Below, one piece after another: positions 1 to 11,200 of a stretch of 64,000 nucleotides of DNA. Position 1 is the first letter of the stretch. Every line of letters starts with the position of its first letter. Both the position numbers and the translations under genes were made by a program. The DNA comes from Utricularia gibba. Lineage: Eukaryota > Plantae > Magnoliophyta. The stretch is taken from the NCBI GenBank assembly GCA_002189035.1, contig CM007989.1, positions 7,564,001 through 7,628,000 of the forward strand, in the 5' to 3' direction. The notes beneath the pieces are model-generated. The model did no database searches, was not told the origin of the DNA, and saw nothing but the letters and a program-made list of their open reading frames with translations.

Positions 1-376
1 TATTTTTGGTATAAATTAATTCAATTCACATCCTTAATACGTAAATCACGAACCGGGATGCGGTGCAACTACGCAGCATGCGCATATTTTTCGACAAGGG
101 AGATTTTCTTATCATTCCTATGCACTTAATTTCACATTCCTTGAAAAGTTTTTTTTTTTTTCCGATGATCGGTTCAGCAAACAAGAAAGGTTTTCATCAA
201 GTTAGCAGCGATGGCAATCCCGCCTACTGCGGCTGAATGTAGGAAAGTACACCAGATGGGAGGGAGTGAAGGGGGCGACCCGAGCCTAAGCTGAGAGAAC
301 ACATCTGGATGGATCAGAAGTAAAATGGTGTGTTCCACGATTGTCTCTCACGAAGTGAGGGGAGATTTTTTACCCC

Positions 377-2118
377 CTAATATGGCCTGTATCGCGTGAA
401 GGGGCGCCTATATCTTGGAAACCTCCTGCAAGAGAGACAGACCGCTTATGGGCACGCACAGTTGCAGCAAGATAAAGCATAAAGCACAGAAGGGTGTTAC
501 AATGAGCACAAGAACAGTCAATTGAATATTAGGTATCTCGCTCAAGTTGTTCTATTTGACATGCAAGATCTGTGCTACTCACCCATAACCATATGGAGGG
601 TAGGCCGGTGAAGGGATGAAGGGCCTCCTCGATCCAAAGTAGGGATTTGGACGCCTTCCTCTTAACTGCTTCATTCCAGGAACGTTTGTTCTTTTGGCAG
701 ACACCTGCAAGACCAGAAGAGATAAGGCTGGTTGTCGGAGGGACAAACGCCTGACTGATCAGGTGTGCCACTGCAAACCTTTAGTTGACGGCCGTGCAAC
801 TCAGATTCATTCAATAGTAAGGCGTTTTGGACGGACTCCACCTCCACAAATTCGACATAGGCAAATCCCTTAGGCTGAAAGTATTTGTCTGTCAGGATGG
901 TGACCCTGTTCACGGTCCCACATGACTGAAAATGCTGCTGTACTTCCTCAGGTGTGCATGCATAGTCTACCTGCGCTTGAACACAAACCATCTTAGCTAG
1001 CAAAACATGTTCACCGTGTCAGTGGTTTCCCAAACGCTGAAAGTAGAAACAGTCAGCATCCAAGCCTAATAATACCCATTCACATTACAGGGTTCCCCCA
1101 TATTTTTTTTTAAAAAAATGACCTATGAAAATAACAGCATGAAACTCACATTACCGACGTAGATGGAACGTGAATCCACCTCTTCTTTCTCCACTTGGGA
1201 TGCAGAGGCTCCATTGGAATCATCTGATAAGGCGCCATAAAGGCCAAAAAATCAGCGTGACTAAACTGAAAACGGAATTAGTTTCGATAAAATTTCTACA
1301 GTATTTTACCAAACTCCGTCAAAATACATAACTTTGAATTAATTGCATTTTATGCAAATATGCGACTCCATTTAAGACAAGTGAAGCAACTGAATTTGAT
1401 ACTCGAGACTTGGGAGATTATCAATGCAGAAAGACATGTAGGAAAATACAAATGACGCCATGTCTCTAAAAACTTATGAGAGGCCACAGAGCTGTAATGA
1501 AGTTTGAGAGATCAAGTTGTTCCAAGTGATCACAAACTTGAAAAACTATCGTGAGCAATTGCATTCATGAAGAAAACACAGTTAACACCACATTTTTTTA
1601 ATGCAGCAGAATATACTCTCCGCATTCAGTCACATTGCATGCCTGTATTATTAAGGAGAATTTACGGAAGGTGAATCCATCCACCAAGATAAATCCAAAG
1701 GAAAGACTAGCAGTCATTCCAAATTCAGCCAAACCTTTTTTTACAACTAATCTTTATACCTAGAAGAAGTTTCTCGAATCATCTGGGTGCAAGAACGAAC
1801 CTTGAGGTATGCCCATTTCTTTCTGAACCTTGGCTTGCATTTCTCGAAGAGCACCTGCTTCCTCTTCAATCTCTTGCAATCTCTTCTTCATGCTCTCCAA
1901 CTCCATTCAAATAAGAGCACAACACAAACAATAAAAATGCACGTCACACTCGGTTATTTACATCCGCAAGCAGTGAACACTCTCTAAACGCATACCTCGG
2001 CCTTGGTTGCCTGGTCCACATCTGCAGATGGGTCGAAATCGGCTTCCATATAGGCTTCCTCAGGTACATCACCGCCGTAAACAGCGTCCTCCTCTTCTTG
2101 GACCCCATGAGCCTCCAT
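377..2118 (-). CDS. PABN: Nuclear polyadenylate-binding protein (PABN/PABPN1-like), 6 exons
   Basis: Spliced reading: [21 protein letters not shown] (1996-2118), coiled coil [84 protein letters not shown], then [13 protein letters not shown] and C-terminal [15 protein letters not shown] (TAG at 377-379). GT donors throughout; the intron-1 acceptor is atypical (see findings). Confidence 0.95.
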
Positions 2119-2256
2119 CACCCAACTCCTCTAAGCAGGGTACAACACGTAGGACAAATTACCTAGGCGACGATACCGGTCGAAGAATCCCTTGCCCGTT
2201 CGCGGATCCCGAAGACCGAATATGCACGCGGCTCCAATTCTCAAATAGTTTCGCGT

Positions 2257-2366
2257 TAGGGTTTCTGATTGGGATTTCTGATTTTTTGTCTTCTTATCAT
2301 ACAACAAAAAATTGTTGGGCCTAATTAATCCTTCTCAGATTTGGGCCCGTGGACTAAAATAGCCCA
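2257..2366. promoter_or_regulatory. Telo-box plus three site II motifs upstream of PABN
   Basis: TAGGGTTT (reverse of AAACCCTA) at 2257-2264; TGGGCC at 2316 and 2342; AGCCCA at 2361. This combination is typical of plant housekeeping and translation-related promoters. Confidence 0.65.
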
Positions 2367-3329
2367 AGTTCATTTTATATTGTGTTAGAATAATTAAAAA
2401 TATAATTATTAAAATAGAATGTAATTAAAGTTAAATAGTATTTTTAGTTTTAAAGGTATTTTTGATGTAATATTCTATTATTCTGTTTATAAAATTTTAT
2501 TACTTAGTACAAATACTAAATTTAAAAAATAAATTCCCTATATTCTTAAAACGGAAACTCTCCAAGATTATGAATTACAAAAATTATATTATATAATTAT
2601 ACTGATAAAAAGAATCACCATTAATTGAGCTTCCACTTTTTAATTGGCAAAGATGAAAATGAATTTTAAATGAAAAAGAAAAAATATAAAATATAAAACG
2701 AGATAATATACAATGACTTGAAAATAATTAAAAAATAAAATTATTTTAAATCCATCTTAATTTTAAATTATTTTTTTCAAAAGTAGAAATTAGTTCAAAT
2801 AGATCATTTACATTTTTTAAAAAATAAAAATAAATCATTGAAGAGGGGTATCTATACACATGACTGACTCTTGAGTTGGGAAAGTGAAACTAAGTGAAGG
2901 TGAGCTATATTACACATTTCCTGCTTTGCATATTGTCCTATAATTCCAGCACACTGGATGCATAGACAAGTGAGTTAGTTCATGTGTTACCAAGTAAACA
3001 CAACAGCCTCCAGTTCCTGCAAAAAACAAGTAATTTTATTCTAAGAAAACTGAATCCAAGTTGACTGATGGTGGTAGCAGTTACACAGGCAAGTCTAACA
3101 CAGTGGATCTAACTAGCACATCTACAACACAAAGGGCGCCAGGCGTCTTCCGTGCCCAGCGCCCATCATTCTAACAATCAACACCCCAAGAATATGTCTC
3201 GGCAAGAGACCTCACGTTATCCACCTCCATGGGGATAACACCAACTACAATGAAAGCATTTGATACTGAAATCCTACTAGATACTTGCTTCTGGTCCTCA
3301 AGAAAAGAAGCTACCAACCGAGTAGGCTT

Positions 3330-5633
3330 CTAGTTGGACCAAACATGGAGAAGGCCATGTTTGTTCCCAGTGTATATCTCATTGCGATCTTCATCATAGA
3401 AGAGGGCAGTTATGTCCTCCAAGGCTTCTGCAGCTGTGCTCCTCATTCCGGAAGCCTGGACACGCTTTCTTGACCTGCATTTCCTGCCCCCACAGCTCAA
3501 GCTGCAGTCACATTCATTTGCGGAAACGCTGTTACTTGCTGTTATCTTCGCAAGGCACTTTCCAGTTAAAATGTTGCTGATATTAATAGAACCAACTGCA
3601 AATGATGGATAAGAGGTGGAAAGTCAGGCAGGGAAAGCATGCTTTGTTTACGGTTTGCCTTCCAAATGCTCAAGGGTGTGTGTGCGTGTGTACGTGTTAA
3701 AATTGCCTTTGTGAAAATAAAGGCACATTTATTATGTACAAGCTGGCAAATGAATCCAAAACATTGAAACGAAAAGATTCATATAACCCATAAAAATAAG
3801 AAAACCACATAGGCTGAAGATTTCAATTCAAATTCTCTGATAAATTCTTAGAGAAAAAAATGCTCACAGCATACCATTTCCATCTGTTAATCGATCATCT
3901 GAATCTGCTTTGCAATAAGAAATGATCAGGTCCTGATCACTAGTAATGTATATGTTGTTGGTATTGCAATCAGGATGCCACAAGAGATGATCCTCAAATG
4001 AAGTTACCAATTCCCCCCTAAAATTCCAAACAGCCACCGTGCGATTTCTAAATGTGAGGAACAATTGGTTCTCATATAGAAATATAAATGCAGAGGGTGT
4101 CATAAATTCAGTCCGACTAACTTCTGTTATATCTCCATTTCGAACCTGCATAAGCATTAAATCAGCTTTCTACAGAACATGGAACATGGAACCTGGAAAA
4201 AAAATTGTGGCTTACATCAACAATCTGCAGGTCCTCATTCTCTTGCTTGACAAGAAGCTTTTCATTGAATTGTTCAATGAAATCCACCTTCTTGTTTCTA
4301 TGAAGAAGCTGCTTAAAAGATTTCAAGACCGTACCATCCTCAATCGAGAGTATCTTCAAAGGAACGCAACCTTCTTTTTTTGTGAATATCAGTAGCATGA
4401 TTCCAGGACTGTTACGAAAATAAACGTTTTGAAAATTAAGAAACACCAAAAGTAGGAAAAAGCATGCTCTGACCAGGAAAGAAGATAGTTTTGGCATCTG
4501 CAATTACCTTATCTTAATTTCCTGAACATTCTTATCTGAAATGGAATATAGCATCGTATAGTTTTTCAAGTCAAAAACTTTATATATGCTACAAAAAAAA
4601 CAAATTAAAGTAAGCAGCAAATAGATGGTAAATTGAAACCACTCAAGCCAGAGCTACACTAACCTGTCTTGTGCTGAGTATGTAAGCACCTTCCCATTCA
4701 CATCATCAAATTCCACAAAACCAGGCCACTTCAACGATTCAGACTCAAATAGAGGGAAACCAGCATCTGGTTTAGCCCTTCGTATATATCTATGATACAA
4801 GATATAAAAGAACATGAGCATGAAAGCCTGATGATTTACTTAAAGAAAATTAATGGCTTAAATTCCTTACTCTATTCTGGTGCTTCGGCACTTCAGGCAG
4901 CTAAAATTATCTGACGCATAAACAGAAACAGTGATAAGAGAATCATTATTTTTGTTGTAAAATAAGCTTCTAATAACTTCATCTGGACAAACGTTGAGGA
5001 AGCATATTCTCTGGTTATTGTCTGCAGGGAAGAGAAAATGTTACCAACTCCATCTTGACTTGAAATGAGAACATAAAAAATGAAGTACCAGTATTAAGCT
5101 AATTCACATCATACGCACCTCGACCAAATGCAGCGCAGACACCAGACTGGGCAAGTGCAAAGACAATGTCACGTGCAGCAACAATCTCAATAATCCTAGA
5201 CCTCTTCTTTAGAAATGGCAAAGACAGGGAACAATACCCCTTGGGATCATGAGTATCATATTCCTCCTGAAGCAAACATTAATCAGACACTACATTTTAC
5301 TTTTTCATTTTGGGTGCTGAAAAACTGGAGGAAAGAAAAATACTAGAAATAGTAGATTCATTATTTCTCCAAAAAAAAAAAAAAATTCATCCCAACAGCG
5401 ATTAAAATCATAATTTGTAGCCTGTCAAACCAAACCTGTAAGCGAATATTGCGAAACCGCTCTTGAGCATCGCTCATGCTGAAATCACGAAACCGCTTCG
5501 ATGATATCTCTCTTTTCTGAAGCTTTCTCACTTTGTTAACAAACCCATCTAAAGCACTCCGAGGTCGCTTCTTGGCCACAACCCGGCGCCCGCAACACGG
5601 CCTGGGAGTCGCTGTTATTCTTCTCCCCTCCAT
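3330..5633 (-). CDS. Conserved plant transducin/WD40-repeat-like protein, 8 exons
   Basis: MEGRRITATPRPCCGRRVVAKKRPR start; conserved blocks RSRIIEIVAARDIVFALAQSGVCAAF, FLNVCPDEVIRSLFYNKNNDSLITVSVYASDNF, ESLKWPGFVEFDDVNGKVLTYSAQD, FMTPSAFIFLYENQLFLTFRNR, DHLLWHPDCNTNNIYITSDQDLIISYCKA; ends ALEDITALFYDEDRNEIYTGNKHGLLHVWSN*. All junctions GT-AG and in phase. Confidence 0.9.
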
Positions 5634-6090
5634 ACAAAAAACTTAGACTAAAGCACACCCAACTTCACTAACGACCCTCAGCCCTACAATGAAGTAAACG
5701 CAAACACACCTACGCGCCGATATCCGATCTCTTAACATAAGCAGTATAAATGCCGATTAGCAAGAAAACCCAGAACCTAGATTTAGAAGAATTACCCGAC
5801 ACCCCGTCAGCACCCAGTCAGCAGGGATTCTTCGGACAAAAAACCTGCGTCTTCATCAGTACACTTCCTCCCAGAAACACCCAGTACTGCAAAATCTGAA
5901 AAAACGATGGAACCGTGGCTATTCTGGCCCTAAGCACAACACAAGCAAGGACCCCCCGCTCCGATAGCCGGAGACTCAAAAATTGGGGATGAAAATTTCG
6001 GTGGGATTTCAACTTCAGTTCAAATGACATTTCACCGAATCTCTCATTCCTATCCATTTTATTTCGCCATTTTGTCCATAGTACGGACGA

Positions 6091-6148
6091 TGGGCCGCGA
6101 AGCCTAAGACGTAGCCCAATTAGTTGATCAATTAACGGGCCGGGCCCA
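6091..6148. promoter_or_regulatory. Site II motif cluster upstream of the WD40-like gene
   Basis: TGGGCC at 6091, AGCCCA at 6113 and GGCCCA at 6143, all within 60 bp and about 460-510 bp upstream of the ATG at 5633. Confidence 0.5.
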
Positions 6149-7241
6149 ACTCCATTCTTTTGATTCAAACGGAGTCACTGTCTCCACTGAGTCTACTGCG
6201 ATGTGTTTGATTATGGTGTTTGATTATAAGAACAAAACAATCTCATATTGGAATTTGAAAATGAAATAATTAAATATATAAGATATTTTCAAGTTTAATT
6301 TTTTATAATGTATAGCTAAATTTCATGTGTTCGTCCTATACATCAAATTATTAATTTCAAATCATTATCTGAAATCCTTTCATATAGTATACTCTGCTTG
6401 TTGAGGGAAGTTTTGCCCACTTACGCACGCAGAAAATATCACATAATCATGTTGAGGTGATCACCGGAGCCAGCAGGAGGAGACATCTGAAGGTTTCAGA
6501 CCTTCTGCAGTATGAAGAAAATGAACTGTATAGTGAAGGTTTGCCCCACTTTGTAGAAACGCCTGTTGCTAGAGTCGTTGGATGCGTATGCAGGAGATAT
6601 GAATAAGGTGTCGGCACTGTCATGACTTGCGTTGTGAACTTGTTGTTCTGCTTCAGATAAGTTCTGAACTCTAGTTTTGGGAGTTCTAGCTCTGCTCCAG
6701 TTGTTTTTATTGATGAAAAACTTCTTCAAATGATACAAAATGGGCCTGCAGGAGAATTCGAAGCTCTGGATGACAAGGAAGAGTGGGATGAAGATGCATG
6801 GGAAATAGAAGCAGAAAGAAAACACAGGAAAAGGGGAGAAAAAGCTTCCCTGCCGCCACTTTCATTCCATGGCTTGTTGCCGCTTCTTGAATGCAGGCGG
6901 GCTTGGTTGAAATAAGAAGATCTTGCTAGAAACTACTGCACTATATTTAGAATCGATAAATAGTAAACAGAAATGTGGACCATGGAAATCCCCATCTTCT
7001 GTTGTCCAGACAATTTTCAGGTATCTGGGCAGATCCTTCCACCCAGGCTTGGTTAATCGCTTCCAGCTTCCAGGGTCGCACTCCAACCTTTCAGGTACCC
7101 TTTCTGATTCTTGTTCCCATATTGTTAATCTTCTTGTTGCTGTCATAAGTTCATCTACGCAAGTCGCCGGAACTTCACCGGGGGGGATTTTATTATTTAA
7201 TGGGTCGCTGCTGTAGTCCTTTCGCGGGAGGTTTCTCGTTG

Positions 7242-7916
7242 ATGGGACAGTGCTGGCTCAAGGGATTTAAGGTAATAAACACAGCCTGAAAGCCAGGTTT
7301 GCGATTGGTTGTTTATCTATCTTATCTATCCATACATGTTTGTGTAAAAAGTCATGCAGACGAACAAGCAGCGATGAAGCAAACGGAGAGCTCGCCGGCG
7401 GAAGAGTGCACCTGGTAAAGACGATGGAGAAGTGGGAGAAACATACATCCGAAGCTAAAAAGGATGGCAAGATCGTAATGCCTTTCAATTCATTTGCTTT
7501 CTCTTACGTGCACTCGCGTTGGTTACCTTTCCTCTAACCGGGTGGATTTGGCTCCATCCATCCCACCATTTTGAAGGTGGTCGTGAACTTCAGCGCATCA
7601 TGGTGCAACCCTTGCCGGCAGATAGCATCCGCTTACCGGGACTTGGCGGAGAAATACCCAAAGGCGGTTTTCCTCACGATCGACGTAGATGAGCTTGCTG
7701 TAAGCGAGCTGGTGTTTTAGATATCGCAAACAAGGGTCACCAACGCGAGTTTGCGTGCAGGAATTCAGTACCAAATGGGACATCAAAGCGACGCCAACCT
7801 TCTTTTTCATGGTAGAGGGACGACAACCGGACAGACTGGTGGGAGCCAACAAAGCAGATTTGCAACGGAAAGTCGCCCTGGTCATCGAATCCTCTGCAAA
7901 TTCCAAAACTCCCTGA
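7242..7916 (+). CDS. h-type thioredoxin (TRX h9/CXXS2-like subgroup), N-terminal MGxC, active site WCNPC, 4 exons
   Basis: Exons 7242-7271 ([10 protein letters not shown]), 7352-7474 (..[26 protein letters not shown]), 7577-7699 ([27 protein letters not shown]), 7761-7916 ([30 protein letters not shown]). The exon-2 acceptor (AAG) is the least certain boundary. Confidence 0.9.
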
Positions 7917-8292
7917 TCTGATCGTCAATATTCTTGTCAAACAAGACCTGTTTAGGAATGCACTGCATCGCCATGGCACCCTCTGGGAAGAAACAAATGA
8001 GCATTACTGTAGGTTTTCTGAGTAGGGCTGCCCAGTCGACTGGGCATACCTCAATAAAAAGTACAGTAGAGAGGCGCTGTTGGGCTTACAGAACAGGGAA
8101 GATGACGTTCTGTATTTTTATTAAGAGAATAATAAGTCGTTCAGAATATTATATTATTGCTCCAGATCCGTTACGCTTCTTGGAGTTCAGAGTAGCGTTC
8201 TCCAGCACAGTCGTCGCTTCATTTTCCTATTCCAGCGAACCGCCCCTTGCGCTAGAACCAGCGGATCGGCTTTCTGTCTCCTCTCAGCGAAG

Positions 8293-11200
8293 ATGCTGAA
8301 GTTCCTGAAAGGAGTGGTTGCCGGATCGGGTGCGGCCCTCAAGGATCTTCCTTACAACATTGGGGAGCCGTACTCGACGGCGTGGGGCTCATGGGTGCAC
8401 CATCGTGGAACCTCCAAGGTTCTTTGTTATCCCTTGTGCTGATTCTTTGTTTGTATTTGGAGTCGATTGGTTTTTCTTCTGGATTGTCATTCCAACATCG
8501 GTATCAGTCACGCTTATGGCGAAGTGGATTGCGCCTGTGATTTGATTAGCGCACTGATTTGATCAAATATACGTATTTTGATATTTTCGACTTGATCCTG
8601 CGTTTTGGAAGACGTTGGATTCTTATTTTCTCTGACTCCGTATGGGGATGTCTCGTAACCACTTTTCTGATAAATCGCAGTTCCCTGGAGTGTACCCTTT
8701 ATTTAGTATAATTCTACGAGTTCAAGTAGGGTGTAATGGAGTGTCATCATGCTGTGGATATGTCAATTTTTTACGCTGTCTGACTATGAACGCATGAACC
8801 CTGCCAAAGAAGGGGCATTCGATTTCATTAAGAACTGCATTATACTTATTCGAATTTGACTTGACTTCACTATAAATCTCTATTTTTCACTTTTTTGGAA
8901 GCTTGGGCTGGCAAGTCCATTACTGAATGTGTTTTTTTTTTCCCAATTTACTGTTATGAGATAGGATGTAGTCACAAGCAGCTTCAATTTCTCCTTTTTT
9001 ATTATCTGCTTCACTAAACAGGAGGATGGCTCGCCTGTCTCAATATTCTCTCTCTCGGGGAGCAGTACAAATGATGGACACATAGTTGCTGGTCGTAATG
9101 GTGTCAAGCGCCTTCGAACGGTTTGTTCTTTATCACCAGCATTATATTATTTTCTTAGTGGCGGATTAACTGTTCAACTAACGGTTTCATGATTATAAAT
9201 GTGAATGTTGAGAATAATGCAAACTCTTGAGCATTGGGTCTGTGTTAAGTTATTTCATTGGTCTAATTACTCATTTAGTTTGCTCCCATCTTGTGTTTCT
9301 TTCAGGTTAGACATCCGAACATTTTGTCATTTCTTCATAGCACTGAGCTAGAAACCACCGATGGCTCCAGTACCAAGGTTACAATCTACATTGTGACCGA
9401 GCCTGTAATGCCACTTTCTGAAAAGATTACGGAATTGCATTTAGAAGGCAAGCAAAGGTGTAAATGCAGTCAAAATATTTGCGTTGAAGTGTGTTCTACG
9501 ATTTGGTGGAAGATTGAACAAGTCATTTGTTTGACATAATTATTCATGCTGTTCTTGTTAGGGACGAATACTATGCCTGGGGACTGCATCAGATAGCTAA
9601 AGCCACGAGCTTCTTGAATAATGATTGCAAATTGGTACGCTGCAGTGTTTTCTTTAATCATTCCTCTCATAGAAGTATGTCTTTATTAAGAAAGTTACTC
9701 CTCATTTTGGTTTGTGCAGGTTCATGGAAATGTCTGTATTGCTAGTGTTGTTGTTACTCAGACTTTGGACTGGAAACTCCATGCGTTTGATGTCTTATCT
9801 GAGTTTGATGGGGATAATGAATCTTCTAATGCACCGATCCTGGTATGCTTTTTGTTTTTACCTTTTTCATACCATTAAGTCAGTAAAGTACTTTTTGCTG
9901 TTAGTTGGCATTTTCAGGAATGTTTAAGGATACTGTTGGGGTGTTGCTGGAATTTTATTTGTTCTTTTATACCAACTTATCATTATATTTGAGAAATGCT
10001 TTTTCAAAACATGTAACGAATGCTGTTTGTAGCAAAGAATAGTTAAGGTTTATGGTTATGCGCATAAAAACTCTGTATTACGTAAAACATGTTGAGCTTA
10101 ATTTTAGAGATCATGTTGCCTTCTGTGATTATTGCTGTTGAACTGGCATAATATGAAATCCTATAGTATGTTATATTTCCATTACGTACCTAATGTTGTA
10201 TGTGAATTTTACCATATGCTTGAGCCAGAATTCAAATAGCTTTACTATGAGCATTTTTGAAATATTCTTTTTAAGCAGAAATATGAATGGCTTATTGGAT
10301 CTCAATACAAATCAATGGAGCTTGCTAAATCTGACTGGTCAACCATCAGAAAATCTCCACCTTGGGCCATAGATTCGTGGGGCCTGGGTATGTATGTATT
10401 TGGATGTTGTTAAGCCTGCTTTTGCTCTTCTGAGACATTTGGGTATCTGTTATGTTTTGGTCATGTATAGGTCTATCCCCATTTTGGTCTGGTTTCACGT
10501 TTATTGTATTTTCCTTCGTCTGTATAAGAGTTTTTATATGTATCTCTTTTGACCAATTCGGTTATTTTGAAAGATCATTTCATTTATGAGTACTAACACC
10601 TCTTTTTTCTGAAAATCTTAGGCTGCCTAATTTATGAACTATTTTCTGGCGTCAAATTGAGTAGGACTGAGGACCTGCGAAATACATCTAGCATACCAAA
10701 GGTGAAATTTTTTCCCACCTGTCCTGTAGTCTTCCTGGGTGTTGTCCAATTTTTTATGTGAATTTGCATCTAGAAGCACAGCGCCTAGTCTTTTCTTTTA
10801 GTTTTTGTTCTCATATTTCTTTGGATGTCGCAATTTCTCAGAGATGTCTATTTTTCATGTTTCCCAGTCTCTTCTTCAAGATTATCAGCGTCTCTTGAGT
10901 TCTATGCCATCTCGCAGGTTAAATTCATCAAAACTTCTTGATAATAGTGGTGAGTGACACATTTGAAGAAGCTAAACTCTAGCTGTAGGACTTCCTAGAT
11001 TCATTTATTTTGCTCACATGAGGATATGCAGCCTTTCTTATTATTTTGATGCTTTAGGGTTGCCTAAGAATTTCGTTTTTTATTTTATTTTCTTAAATAT
11101 GAATTGCTTTACAGAGAGGCAAGCTTTTGGAAGCCAAAACGTTTTGCTTTTGAAAGTCCTTAAACGCAATGAAAATTTCTTAATGGCATATCTGCAGAAT

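Noticed and set aside
2380-2850. Very AT-rich blocks here and at 21190-21360, 21650-21800, 57230-57350 and 63000-63200 as possible MITEs
   Set aside because: No terminal inverted repeats or target duplications found; only a 16-nt AT-rich similarity between two of them, which is expected by chance.
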